Assembly (NCBI GenBank): GCA_963771465.1
Contig: CAVYTU010000015.1
Coordinates: forward strand, 1,024,001-1,088,000
Length of the DNA: 64,000 bases
Direction of reading: 5' to 3'
From: an uncultured delta proteobacterium
GTDB lineage: Bacteria > Desulfobacterota > Binatia > UBA9968
The notes under the pieces are model-generated. The model searched no databases, had not been told where the DNA came from, and worked only from the letters and a program-made list of their open reading frames with translations. A program made the position numbers and the translations under genes. Below are positions 7,917 to 18,667 of this stretch, piece after piece. Within the stretch, counting starts at the first letter, position 1. Each line of letters opens with the position of its first letter.

Positions 7917-8804
7917 ATGTTGCCCGCGCCGTTCACGCCGCATTTTCTCACCCAGTTGGAAACTCTCCGGCTGCGTACCCGAAAGGAATTTCTCGGCAGC
8001 CATACGGGCAGTTATTCCTCACCGCGCCGCGGCACAAGTTTGGAGTTCGCCGACTACCGCCGCTATGCGCCAGGTGACGATCTGCGTTATCTCGACTGGG
8101 GCATCTACGCGCGCACCGACCGGCTCTATGTGAAAGTTTACCGCGAAGAAGTCGACCTGTTCGCCTACGTCTTTATCGACGCCAGCGCGTCGATGGCGTT
8201 CCCATCGCGCGAGCAAAAGTTCCTGCCGGCCTCCCACGTTGCTCTGGCGCTTTCGTATGTCATTCTGGCGAATCACGATCACGTCAAGTTGCATCTGCTG
8301 CAGGATCGCAGCAGCGCCTCGCCGTTTTATCGTGGCCGGCGACGTATGGCGGATTGCGTCAATTTCGCGACCGGGGCCAATGTCGGCGGCGCGCTCGACT
8401 TAGCCACATCCTTAAGCGACCACTTGCAACGCTTGCGTCGGCCGGGGAAAGCGATCTTGATCTCAGATTTTTTAATGCCGGCCGCTGCCTACCAGAAGGG
8501 ACTCAATCTGCTGCGCGCGTTTAATCTCGATATCGCCGCGATTCAAGTGCTGACGCGCCAGGAAGTCGATCCCGATTTCCCCGCCGGTAGTTTGGCGCTG
8601 ATCGACAGCGAGAGCCAACGAGAAATTCGCTATCAATGGAACGGCACCGCACGGCGCGATTATCAAACGCGTCTGGCCCATCACAATCTCGAGCTCAAAA
8701 GTTTCTGCCATCAAAGCGGCATTCACTACTCGCTCTACGTCAACGATCGCGACTTGAGCGATTTTATTTTCGCCACCCTGCCGGCCATCGGACTATTTAA
8801 ATAA
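7917..8804 (+). CDS. DUF58 domain protein (MoxR-associated)
   Basis: G-x-S-x-EFADYRRYAPGDDLRYLDW, DASASM, LISDF; ATG at 7917. Confidence 0.92.
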   Translation: MLPAPFTPHFLTQLETLRLRTRKEFLGSHTGSYSSPRRGTSLEFADYRRYAPGDDLRYLDWGIYARTDRLYVKVYREEVDLFAYVFIDASASMAFPSREQKFLPASHVALALSYVILANHDHVKLHLLQDRSSASPFYRGRRRMADCVNFATGANVGGALDLATSLSDHLQRLRRPGKAILISDFLMPAAAYQKGLNLLRAFNLDIAAIQVLTRQEVDPDFPAGSLALIDSESQREIRYQWNGTARRDYQTRLAHHNLELKSFCHQSGIHYSLYVNDRDLSDFIFATLPAIGLFK

Positions 8805-8808
8805 GGCC

Positions 8809-10629
8809 ATGGAATTCTTGAATCCCAGCGCTCTGTTCGGCCTGCTAGCCTTGCCGCTGTTGTTGCTGCCGTATCTCATCCGGCGTAAACCGCGCCGTTT
8901 GGTATTTTCCAGCTTGCTCTTGTTCATGGACGCCGGCGAAACGGCGAGCCGCCGTCCCTGGGGCCGCATTCACTTGCCTTGGATATTTTTTTTGCAGTTG
9001 CTGATGCTGACTTTGTTGATCTTGGCGCTCAGCGAACCGATGTTTTCCGTGCGCCCGACTCATATCGCTATCGTCCTCGATAATTCGGCGAGCATGCAAG
9101 CGCTGGAAGGCGGCAAAACGCGCTTCGCACTGGCACAAGCAAAAGCCAACGCGCTGCTTGACGAAGTCGGCGCCGCCGGCACGGTCGATCTTTATGCCAC
9201 TACGCCGCGGTTGGAAAAAATACGCGCCGCGTCACTGACGCCAGCCGAGGCCAAGGGCGCGATCATGAGCATGGAGCCCTTCGACCTCGCCGACCCGCCG
9301 GCGGATTATGACAACCTGCTCAACCAGCTGGCGCGCGAACAGAAGTATGAGCGTATCTACTTAATTAGCGATCACCCGGCACGCGGCCAAACCGCGGCGA
9401 TCCGCGTCGTTCAAGTCGGCCAAACGCAAGCCAATTTCGCCATCACTCAGTTCGATATCCAACGCTCGTCATTAGTCAACGCGGGGTCGGAAGCGACGAT
9501 TGAAGTCACAAGCTTTTCCGACCGTGATGAAAAGCTCAAAGTTCGCTTGAAAAGCGGCGCGACGGACCTTGCCACCCGCGATCTCGTGGTCAGCGCCGGC
9601 AAAAGTGCCAGTTTAACCTTCCAAGGTTTTGCCGACCATTCGTTCTATGCAGCCGAGATCGACGTTCGTGACGGCTTGCCGCTCGATAATCGGCGCTATG
9701 CGGTGGCGCCCGCCACGCGCGGTCTGCGTGTCCTGGCGATTACACCGCGGCCGCGGGCGTTGGAAAGTTTGCGGGCGATCCCGGGCATCATGATCGAGAT
9801 TGTTTCTCCCAATGATTATGAGAAATCGTCGCGCACCGGTTTCGGTTTGGAAATTTTTCATTTCGCCGCGCCGGCCTCGTTACCGCAAAACAACTCTCTG
9901 TTTATCTTGCCGCCGGAAAGCAACTCGCTGGTCGATCTCGGCAACCCGGTTAACGATGTCAACGTAACCAACTGGCGCGATCCCCATACGTTAACTCGTT
10001 ATGTGAACTTCAATCTCTTTCGGCCGAGCTATGCTCGCCCGCTCAAGCCGCAAAGCACGGGCGAAATCGTCATCGAAAGCAGCAAAGGCCCGCTCGCCTT
10101 CAGCGTCGAGCGCCAGGGATTTCGTTATCTTACTCTCGGGTTTGATCCGTTTCCCTATTTGGGCCGCGACAATCTGCCGATGTCGATCTTCACTCTTAAC
10201 TTGCTCGACTGGCTTTTCGAAAGCCAAGGCGAACGAGGCCGAGCCACGGGCACGCCGATCCCACTGGGCAAGGTCGGCGCAGGCGACCGCATCATTACGC
10301 CGCCTGGGCAAAAAATTGCCGTGAGACCCGGCGCTAACTATTTCGCCGGCGCGTTTTTTCAAGGCATCTATCAACTGCAGCACGACGGCGAGTCGCAGCG
10401 CTTCGCCCGTAACTTGCAGGATAGAAGCGAATCCGACTTGCGCGCCCCGGTGCCCATCGAACTGCGCAGTCGCGCGGGAGTTAACAACGAGACGTCAGCG
10501 CTGTTTGCCTTTTGGCCTTACCTTTTAATTGTTTCGGTAATCTTGCTCATGCTCGAGTGGTTTATTAACCCGCGCATGAGGTCGTACAGTTTCTGGCGAC
10601 TGGCAAAACCGCTGCCGCAGCGATCATGA
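8809..10629 (+). CDS. BatA N-terminal plus VWA domain membrane protein
   Basis: MEFLNP...FSSL...LALSEP BatA motif, MIDAS DNSASM, C-terminal ESDL and W-P-Y-L...EW TM anchor. Confidence 0.88.
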   Translation: MEFLNPSALFGLLALPLLLLPYLIRRKPRRLVFSSLLLFMDAGETASRRPWGRIHLPWIFFLQLLMLTLLILALSEPMFSVRPTHIAIVLDNSASMQALEGGKTRFALAQAKANALLDEVGAAGTVDLYATTPRLEKIRAASLTPAEAKGAIMSMEPFDLADPPADYDNLLNQLAREQKYERIYLISDHPARGQTAAIRVVQVGQTQANFAITQFDIQRSSLVNAGSEATIEVTSFSDRDEKLKVRLKSGATDLATRDLVVSAGKSASLTFQGFADHSFYAAEIDVRDGLPLDNRRYAVAPATRGLRVLAITPRPRALESLRAIPGIMIEIVSPNDYEKSSRTGFGLEIFHFAAPASLPQNNSLFILPPESNSLVDLGNPVNDVNVTNWRDPHTLTRYVNFNLFRPSYARPLKPQSTGEIVIESSKGPLAFSVERQGFRYLTLGFDPFPYLGRDNLPMSIFTLNLLDWLFESQGERGRATGTPIPLGKVGAGDRIITPPGQKIAVRPGANYFAGAFFQGIYQLQHDGESQRFARNLQDRSESDLRAPVPIELRSRAGVNNETSALFAFWPYLLIVSVILLMLEWFINPRMRSYSFWRLAKPLPQRS

Positions 10630-13165
10630 AAGCGATTTTTTCAAATATCGAATTCACCCGGCCTTACCTTTTTTGGCTGTTTTTGTTGCTGCCGGTGATC
10701 TGGGCTCGCTTTGGCGACCGCCGTCTTTGGGTGATCGTCGCGCGCACGCTGGTTTTGTCCCTGTTGATTCTGACTCTCGCTGACCCACAGCGAGTGTCCG
10801 AGCAAGCACGCCGGGAAGAGCGGGTCTTCGCCTATGATGTGTCGCGTAGCGTTCCCACCGGGATGCGTCAGTGGATGGAGAAGACCACGGCAGCGCTTGC
10901 ACCGCGGCGTGACGACCGAATTTATGCTTTCGCCGCCGCGGCCGACGAACGCGCCAGTTCCAGTCAAGCGCTGAGCGGAGATATCAGCGCCGCCCAACCC
11001 GAGAAGACCAATCTGGAAAATCTCTTGAGTACGGTGTTGGCGTTGCCACCGGCGCCGCGCAGCCTGTTGCTTTTTTCCGACGGTTGGGAAACCGATGGCA
11101 ACGTCGAGCGCTTGCTCCCCGCGGCGGCGGCCGCCGGGCTCAAAATCTATCCGATGTTGCCGGCGGAGCGCCAGGCGCTCGCCAACGTCGCCGTAACCCG
11201 CCTCACGACTCCAAGCCAGGGGAATAGCGGCGAATCGCTCAATCTCAAAGTGGTGCTCGATAATCAAAACGATCGCGCCGTTGACGGCACATTAACGCTC
11301 ACGCGCAATGGTCAGCCGTTTAGAACCGAGGCGGTCAGACTCAATCCGGGCAGTCAGACGTTTAGCTATCAAGCCAATCTCAACGACGGGGCGCTCACCT
11401 CGTTTCAAGCGAGCTTCGCCGCCCGCGACAAAAATCTCGACGGCTTTACCGCCGACAATCACGCGCTAGCCTGGGTGAGCGTGCGTTCCAAGGCCAAAGT
11501 CCTGATCGTCAACGGCCCAGGCGGCGCAGGGCGTTACTTAGACGAGATCGTCAAGCGGCAAGGTTTTGAAGTCACCGCGCGCAGTGCCGAGAACGCGCCG
11601 CCGCCAATCGGTTATAAAGTAGTCATATTCAACAACGCCGAGCGCGATCGATTTCCCGCCGGCTATCTGGCTAGCGTCGAACGCCATGTTGCGCAAGGCA
11701 ATGGTTTTATCATGCTCGGCGCTGATGCCAGTTTCGCCCCGGCGAGTTACCGCCAGACGCCCATCGAAAGAATTTTACCTGTTGAGCCTAAAGAACCGCC
11801 CAAGCGCGAAGAGAAAAACCGTGCCGTAGTTTTGGTCATCGACAAGTCGGGAAGCATGCGTGATGACAACCGGATCATCTACGCCAAGGAAGCGGCCAAA
11901 GCCGTCGCCCGCCAACTGAAAGACATCGACCTTCTTGGCGTCATCGGTTTCGATGACACCCCTTCGTCGTCGTTTATCTCGAAACCATGTCCCGGTTGCG
12001 CGGCGTGGTCGAAAATCAGATCGATCGTCTCAAACCTGGCGGGCAAACCTATTTCCTACCCGCGCTGCACGAAGCCCGGCGTCAGTTGGAACGGGTCAAT
12101 GCATCGCGCAAGCATATTATCTTGCTCAGCGATGGCGTCACCCGCGGCAGCCAAGGCGAGCTTGTCGATCTGGTGGGCCTAATGAAAAACGAGCTAAAAA
12201 TCACCGTCTCCGCGGTCGCCATCAGTAACGAGGCCGACGTGAGAATCATGAAACGGGTCGCCCAGTACGGTGGCGGTCTGTTTCACCACACCATCGATCC
12301 GTCATCACTGCCGCAGGTCGTCTTAGAACAGCTGCAAGACAAGCCGAAAGACGATCCCCAGGACAACCGACCGTTGATCCCGCAGCAAGCCAACGGATCG
12401 GAGCTGCTGGCGGGCTTCGCACAGCGATACTTTCCGGCTGTGCTCGGCTACATGGAAACCGACGTTAAACGAGGCGCACAATTGGATGTGCTGATCCAGC
12501 GCGACGACCGGCGCGCGCCGCTTCTGGCGTCATGGCGTTACGCCAAGGGTAAGTCGGTGGCGCTGACCACAGACTTAGAGGGTCGCTGGACCAAAAACTG
12601 GGTTCCATGGGGCGGACTTCAGTCGTTTTGGGGCAAAATACTCGAATGGCTCAGTCCGCCCGAAGAGAACCTAATTCCAATTCATGAAGCGCGGGTTAGC
12701 TTTTCCGATGGTCAATCGATTTTGGATCTCTCGGTCTATGAAGATTCCAGTGCCAATAGTCAGTTCCGTTTTGCTCTGAGCGGCGCCGCCAAGGCCGAAG
12801 GCTTCCTAACCAAACTTGCCCCCGGTCATTTCCAAGCGCTCCTGCCCATATCAACCACGGGCGATTACCGGATCGACTTGGCTGAGGATCGCGGCGGGCG
12901 GCGCGTTGCATTTCCACCAGTCGGTTACCGCCTCGCTTTTGACCGGGCGAGCGAGGTTCCTCGACCTAACTTCAATACTCGACTGTTGTCCAAGCTCGCC
13001 GAAACCACGGGCGGCGAAATAAATCCACAATCACTAGACACCCTTAAACGGGAATCGCTTTCCAAGAACTACCAACCGGTACGCCAGCCGCTGATCGTTT
13101 TAGCGTTTTTGTTGTTCCTCGGTGAGATTGCGATTCGGAGACTTATTCTATCTGAATTGGACTAA
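10626..13165 (+). CDS. Large VWA-domain membrane protein with a glutamine amidotransferase-like region; one frameshift near 11960
   Basis: DVSRSV and VIDKSGSM MIDAS motifs, PIERILPV, PLLASWRYAKGK. Adding one C to the C4 run at 11959-11962 joins ORFs 10626-12182 and 11987-13165 (FDDT-PFVVVYLETMSR). Confidence 0.85.
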
Positions 13166-13235
13166 AACCTTGGGGCAGCCCCCCTATCCACAGCCCCCCC
13201 GCAGAATTCCTGAACAAATACGCGGATTTTTTCGA

Positions 13236-13264
13236 TTGACAGCCAGGGGATAACAAACTATAAA
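13236..13264 (+). promoter_or_regulatory. sigma70-type promoter of the M23 peptidase gene
   Basis: TTGACA-N17-TATAAA; this makes the GTG at 13265 an unlikely start. Confidence 0.7.
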
Positions 13265-13282
13265 GTGAAAGCTTTGTTTACT

Positions 13283-14692
13283 ATGTGGCTTAACCCAACA
13301 GTGGGAACTAAGCCCGATAAAGCGCTCTCTCAAATCGCTTTTTCTGGGTTAGTTCACGGCTTGGTTCACGCCGGAGTCATGATCTCTTTACTGGTTATGA
13401 CGCCGATTGATTCCCAAGCCGCTAAACAAAAAGCTGCGCGCAAAGAAGTCGCGCGCGGCCGGACCATCCCCGCTTCAGCCCAGCCAGCGCCTCCAAACAA
13501 ACGACTCACTAAGGCCCAGGCACATAGCGCGCTTGTGCGCCATCCGAGCCCACAACCGATAGATTTTCCCGACCGATGGGAACGGGTGGTCTATCGGGTT
13601 CATGCCGGCGAAACATTGGCCGATCTTTTGGCTCGGCACAATGTGTCCCAAGCCGAGCGCACGCTTTGGACGCGTACGATGATCCGTAATACCGGCAGCC
13701 AATTACTACCTGCCGGCAAGGAGGCTCACCTTTTCTTCAGCAAATTGATCTTTCGCAGGCGCGGGAGCGCGCTCGCCGGCCAGCTCAGGGCGGTGGAAAT
13801 CGATCAAAATGATTCATTTACACTAACCCTAGAAAAGGGCATTCGAGGGATATTCGTCCAGCAGCGCGAAAAGCCCTTTGATGTGGAGCTTAAAACCGTT
13901 AGCGCAACCATTGACAGTTCATTGTCTGAAGATGGCCGTCGTGCCGGAGTGCATCCCGCCTTGCTGTCGCAACTTGCCGATCTCTTTACCTGGGACCTCG
14001 ATCTTGAAAAGGAAATCCAAAAAGGCGACAGCATCAAAATTCTTTACGAACAGCGCAGCCGCAAAGGCCAGGAAACCAAGACCAAATTACGCATTCTAGC
14101 GGCTGAACTGATCAACGCGGGTCAAAAATTTACCGCGATCTATTTCGAGCGGCAAAACGGCGTGGGCGGCTATTACAATCATGAAGGCAGAAGCTTGGCC
14201 CGTTCATTCTTGCGGTTCCCGTTGGAATTTACGGCGATAACATCGAAATTCTCCGAATCCCGCTTCCACCCCATTCTGCGAACTAATTTACCCCACTTCG
14301 GAGTTGATTTTGCCGCCCAACGGGGCACACCGATCAGAGCCGTCGGCGACGGAATTATCGCGGAAGCTGGCTGGAACGGCGGTTACGGCAAAGCAATCGA
14401 TATCAAACATGACTCTAACATTCTCAGCCGCTACGCCCATCTCGAGGGGTTCGCCGAAGGCATCCAGCCCGGCACCGTCGTCAGTAAAGGCCAAACCATC
14501 GGTTATGTCGGCTCCACGGGTCGCTCCACCGGTCCCCATCTCCATTTCGAGCTTTACAAAGACCAGCAATTTATCAATCCGCTCAGTGTCGACTTTCCTG
14601 CCGAAGATCATCTCGAACCTGCGTTGCATAAGCTCTTTGAGAATCAAATGCGCACCTATCTGGTCGAACTGAAATCGGCGCCCCAATCTTAA
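13283..14692 (+). CDS. M23 family peptidoglycan DD-endopeptidase (MepM-like)
   Basis: RFHPIL...HFGVDFAA (HxxxD), YAHL, GRSTGPHLHFE (HxH); LysM-like N-terminal segment; start uncertain. Confidence 0.92.
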   Translation: MWLNPTVGTKPDKALSQIAFSGLVHGLVHAGVMISLLVMTPIDSQAAKQKAARKEVARGRTIPASAQPAPPNKRLTKAQAHSALVRHPSPQPIDFPDRWERVVYRVHAGETLADLLARHNVSQAERTLWTRTMIRNTGSQLLPAGKEAHLFFSKLIFRRRGSALAGQLRAVEIDQNDSFTLTLEKGIRGIFVQQREKPFDVELKTVSATIDSSLSEDGRRAGVHPALLSQLADLFTWDLDLEKEIQKGDSIKILYEQRSRKGQETKTKLRILAAELINAGQKFTAIYFERQNGVGGYYNHEGRSLARSFLRFPLEFTAITSKFSESRFHPILRTNLPHFGVDFAAQRGTPIRAVGDGIIAEAGWNGGYGKAIDIKHDSNILSRYAHLEGFAEGIQPGTVVSKGQTIGYVGSTGRSTGPHLHFELYKDQQFINPLSVDFPAEDHLEPALHKLFENQMRTYLVELKSAPQS

Positions 14693-14785
14693 GCCCCGAC
14701 CTGGCGACAAAAGTTAGCCTCCTCCCGTTTCGGTTTGTTTAAGCCCTGGCGTTTTTGCGGCTTAGTGAATATTATTCCTCTGCTC

Positions 14786-15260
14786 GTGAGCAGCTTGCAG
14801 CGAAGATATACATTATTTATCGTCAGCGGCGCCGGCGTTGGGTATTCACCCTATTTTCCCGGAACCAAGGGAACCCTGTTGGCGATTCCGATATCCATCG
14901 GATTCAATGGAATCGCCGCGCACGCGCCACTGTCGTTCGGGTTGTTGCTCGCCATCTTAACCGTGGGGGCGATCAGCCTGTCGACCACGGCCGCCGAGTT
15001 GCTCAAACAAAAGGATCCGCAGATGATCGTCATCGATGAGGTGATCGGTTTTTATGATCGCCAACTATCTCGCGCCGGCTCGATGGGCGTCGTTAATCCT
15101 CGGTTTCTTGCTTTTCCGTTGCTTCGATATCGCGAAAGTTTTCCCCGCTACGCGTTTGGAAAAGCTGCCCGGCGGCACGGGCATAGTGCTCGATGATGTC
15201 ATGGCAGGCCTATATGCCTTTGTGATCGTCCAAAGCGCGCTCCATTGGGAGTGGATATGA
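14786..15260 (+). CDS. pgpA: Phosphatidylglycerophosphatase A; one frameshift in the T run at 15049-15053
   Basis: G-x-G-Y-x-P-x-x-PGT, KDP-x-x-IVIDEV, then FR-x-FDI-x-K and G-x-GIVLDD in the next frame; located upstream of cinA-thpR-recA. Confidence 0.88.
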
Positions 15261-16504
15261 TCGAAAAAGCAGTAATCCTCAGCACCGGCGATGAGCTTAC
15301 GACCGGAAAGGTCATCGATACCAACTCGGCGTATATTGCCGACCGCTTGTTCGCCCTCGGTATAAAAGTCTCGGCCGTCCTCAAAGTTGGCGACGATCGA
15401 GAAAAGTTGCTCTGGGCTTTCCGCCAAGGGCGGGAGCTTGGCGATATCATCATCGGCACCGGCGGCCTCGGCCCGACCGCCGATGATCTGACCACGGAAA
15501 TGGTCTCACAGTTTCTAGGCGTGGAAATGATCGAGGATCAGGAAGTTGCCGGCAATCTAAAGGCTCGCTTCGAGCGCCGCGGCGTGCCATGGACGGCGAA
15601 CAACCTCAAGCAGGCGCTTTTCCCACAAGGCGCGTCGATTATTCCGAACCCGGTCGGTACAGCGCCCGGTTTCAACGTCGATATCGGGCAAGGCAAAAAA
15701 CTGCTCTGGCTCTCCGGCGTGCCCCATGAGATGACGGCGATGCTCGGTCAAACCGTGCTACCGTGGATCATTGAACGAAATGGCCGCCAGTCAAAAATTC
15801 ACCAGGCGGTCTTTAAAATCCACGGCATCACCGAATCGAAACTTGACAATCTTGTGAAGCCGCTGGAACTTGGCGACTCGGCCAAACTGTCGTTTCGTGC
15901 TCACTTTCCCGAACTCACGCTACGGCTGACGGTTAGCGGCGGCGACCCACAGCTGGAAAACTTTAATTTGCTGCGCCAGCAGCTGTGCGCGATCCTAGGT
16001 GATTACATTTACGCCGAAAGCGATGCGACGATGGAAGAAATCGTCGGTCGTTTGCTGGCCGAAAAAAACCAGAGTTTGGCGTTAGCGGAATCTTGCACCG
16101 GCGGGCTGATGGCCCACCGCATCACGCGCATCGCGGGCAGCTCGGCGTATTTCCTCGGCGGCGCAGTGACTTATTCGAACCAAGAAAAAATCCGTGCCTT
16201 AGGTGTTAGACCGGCGACCTTGGAAAAATTTGGCGCGGTCAGCCGCGAAACCGCGTTGGAAATGTCCCATGGCATCAAAGAGCGCACCGGCGCGAGCATC
16301 GCGCTCAGTGTCACGGGAGTCGCCGGTCCGAGCGGCGGCACGCCGGAAAAGCCGGTCGGCACCGTCTGGGTCAGCATTGCGCGCGACGATTGGCATGAAG
16401 CGAAACTGCTCACGCTCCTGGTTCTCACCGACCGCGAGCGGATTATTCAAGGCACGTCGCAGGCCGCGCTCAACTGGCTCAGGGTTTCGCTTTTGGAACT
16501 GTAA
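15257..16504 (+). CDS. cinA: Competence/damage-inducible protein A (MoCF-like domain plus NMN deamidase)
   Basis: GDEL-x-x-G-x-x-IDTN, GGLGPT-x-DDLT, AESCTGG, GAVS, TGVAGP-x-GG. Confidence 0.95.
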   Translation: MIEKAVILSTGDELTTGKVIDTNSAYIADRLFALGIKVSAVLKVGDDREKLLWAFRQGRELGDIIIGTGGLGPTADDLTTEMVSQFLGVEMIEDQEVAGNLKARFERRGVPWTANNLKQALFPQGASIIPNPVGTAPGFNVDIGQGKKLLWLSGVPHEMTAMLGQTVLPWIIERNGRQSKIHQAVFKIHGITESKLDNLVKPLELGDSAKLSFRAHFPELTLRLTVSGGDPQLENFNLLRQQLCAILGDYIYAESDATMEEIVGRLLAEKNQSLALAESCTGGLMAHRITRIAGSSAYFLGGAVTYSNQEKIRALGVRPATLEKFGAVSRETALEMSHGIKERTGASIALSVTGVAGPSGGTPEKPVGTVWVSIARDDWHEAKLLTLLVLTDRERIIQGTSQAALNWLRVSLLEL

Positions 16505-16510
16505 ACGTCA

Positions 16511-17083
16511 GTGATCCGCGCGTTTATTGCCATCGAATTCGCTGCCGCAACCGTCAATCGGATCACCGCGGCGATCGAGCAGCTAAAGCCACACATCGTT
16601 GGCATTCGTTGGGTGGCCTCAGCGAATTATCATCTCACGCTAAAATTTCTCGGCAACATAGACGAGAGTCAGATCGAAACCATCGGTCCGGCGCTCACCG
16701 ACGCACTCCGCCCCTTTCAGCGCTTTACCATAAATGCTAAAGGATTAGGGGTATTTCCCAACGTAAAACGACCGCGCGTATTGTGGGTCGGCTTAGTTGG
16801 AAGTCCATTAACAACCTTGGCGCTAGCGGTGGAAGCGGCGTTGCTGCCGCTCGGTTTTCGCCGAGAAGAAAAAGCTTTTACGCCGCATCTGACCATTGGC
16901 CGCTGGCGCCAAACCGAACGTGCCGACCGGGTGCTTGGGGAAGCGCTAAAGAGTTGGACCTATTTTGATTTCGGCGCGACCGTGGTGGATGAAATTATTT
17001 TATTTGAGAGCGTGCTCAAACCCGCCGGAGCTATTTACAACCGGCTTAAAGTCGTCACGCTTAAACCTGACCGGGGGACGTGA
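16511..17083 (+). CDS. thpR: RNA 2',3'-cyclic phosphodiesterase (2H family)
   Basis: R-x-FIAI and two HxT motifs ([15 protein letters not shown]). Confidence 0.93.
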   Translation: MIRAFIAIEFAAATVNRITAAIEQLKPHIVGIRWVASANYHLTLKFLGNIDESQIETIGPALTDALRPFQRFTINAKGLGVFPNVKRPRVLWVGLVGSPLTTLALAVEAALLPLGFRREEKAFTPHLTIGRWRQTERADRVLGEALKSWTYFDFGATVVDEIILFESVLKPAGAIYNRLKVVTLKPDRGT

Positions 17084-17094
17084 AGGAGACAGCA

Positions 17095-18147
17095 ATGGAC
17101 GCTAATCGTGAGAAAGCTATCGACCTCGCCGTAAGCCAGATCGAAAAGCAATTCGGCAAGGGCGCAATCATGAAACTTGGCGAGGGCGGCATCGTCAAGG
17201 ACGTGCAGGTCATCTCCACCGGCTCTCTGGGACTCGATGTCGCCCTCGGCATCGGCGGCGTGCCGCGCGGCCGAGTGATGGAAATCTATGGACCGGAATC
17301 GTCCGGCAAAACGACTTTGGCACTCCAGATCGTCGCCGAAGCGCAGAAGCTTGGCGGCATGAGCGCCTATATCGACGCCGAGCATGCGCTCGATTTGGGC
17401 TACGCGCAGAAACTCGGCGTCAAAACCGACGATCTTCTCGTCTCGCAGCCGGACCACGGTGAACAGGCGCTGGAAATTACCGAGACGCTGGTCAGGAGTG
17501 GCGCCATTGACGTCGTAGTAATCGACTCCGTCGCGGCGTTGGTGCCGAAGGCGGAAATCGAAGGCGAGATGGGCGACTCCCATATGGGACTTCAGGCCCG
17601 TCTCATGTCCCAGGCGCTGCGCAAGCTCACCGCGACAATTGCCCGCTCCCATACCGTGGTGATCTTCATCAACCAGATCCGCATGAAGATCGGCGTCATG
17701 TTCGGCAACCCGGAAACCACGACTGGCGGCAACGCGCTCAAGTTCTATGCCTCGGTGCGCTTGGACATCCGCCGCATCGGCGCCCTCAAAGACGGCGACA
17801 ACATCGTCGGCGGGCGCACACGAGTCAAAGTCGTCAAGAATAAAATGGCACCGCCGTTCAAAGAAGCCGAGTTCGACATCCTCTACGGCACCGGCATATC
17901 GCGCGACGGCGAGATCGTCGATCTTGGCAGCGAGATCGGCGTGGTCGAAAAAAGCGGCGCTTGGTACTCCTACGGCGGCGAGCGCATCGGCCAAGGGCGC
18001 GAAGCGGCCAAACAGTTTTTGAAAGATCATCCGGAAACCGGCCAGACCATCATGAACAAGGTAATGGAAAAGATGGGCTTGAAAAGGCCCGAATCGGAAG
18101 CGCCGGCCGAAATGGTAGCGGTCGAGAAAAAAGGCAAAGGCCGGTAG
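17095..18147 (+). CDS. recA: Recombinase RecA
   Basis: [41 protein letters not shown]. Confidence 0.99.
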   Translation: MDANREKAIDLAVSQIEKQFGKGAIMKLGEGGIVKDVQVISTGSLGLDVALGIGGVPRGRVMEIYGPESSGKTTLALQIVAEAQKLGGMSAYIDAEHALDLGYAQKLGVKTDDLLVSQPDHGEQALEITETLVRSGAIDVVVIDSVAALVPKAEIEGEMGDSHMGLQARLMSQALRKLTATIARSHTVVIFINQIRMKIGVMFGNPETTTGGNALKFYASVRLDIRRIGALKDGDNIVGGRTRVKVVKNKMAPPFKEAEFDILYGTGISRDGEIVDLGSEIGVVEKSGAWYSYGGERIGQGREAAKQFLKDHPETGQTIMNKVMEKMGLKRPESEAPAEMVAVEKKGKGR

Positions 18148-18156
18148 GCGAGGCGC

Positions 18157-18663
18157 TTGCAATCGCTGAAGCAAAGAAGCCGCGGCGCACGGCCGATCGA
18201 TTCGACCGACGCGGCATTTGCAAGCGCGCTCCGTTATCTCGGCTACCGGGCGCGCAGCGCCGGGGAAGTGAAAAATTATTTGCGCCGGCGCGGCGCCACC
18301 GACAGCGTCGTCGACGCGACCATCGAGAAGCTCAGCGGCTTCAACTTCATCAATGATGAAACCTTTGCCCGCAATTGGGCGCTGTCACGAGCGCAAAGCC
18401 AAGGCTATGGCCCGCGGAAAATCGAACAGGAGCTGAGAACCAAAGGCGTCGTCGATGCGGTCATCGGCGCAGTGGTAAAAGAAATCTTCGATCAAGAAGG
18501 CGAAGAAAAAAGGGCGCGAAACATTCTCGAAAAAAAATTCACCAGTGAAATTCTCCAACAGCCTCGGGCGCTGCGCCGGGCCGTCGCCTTTTTGCAGCGG
18601 CGCGGCTACAGCAGCAAAGTGATTTTCACTTTGCTGCGCTGCCCGATGGACGACAACCGTTGA
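18157..18663 (+). CDS. recX: Regulatory protein RecX
   Basis: ALRYL-x-x-R-x-RS, INDE-x-FA, GPRKI-x-x-EL-x-x-KG, L-x-RRGY; directly after recA. Confidence 0.9.
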   Translation: MQSLKQRSRGARPIDSTDAAFASALRYLGYRARSAGEVKNYLRRRGATDSVVDATIEKLSGFNFINDETFARNWALSRAQSQGYGPRKIEQELRTKGVVDAVIGAVVKEIFDQEGEEKRARNILEKKFTSEILQQPRALRRAVAFLQRRGYSSKVIFTLLRCPMDDNR

Positions 18664-18667
18664 GCCT

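Noticed and set aside
11955-15055. VWA gene and pgpA frameshifts as phase variation
   Set aside because: The runs are only C4 and T5, too short for slipped-strand switching; consistent with long-read indel errors.
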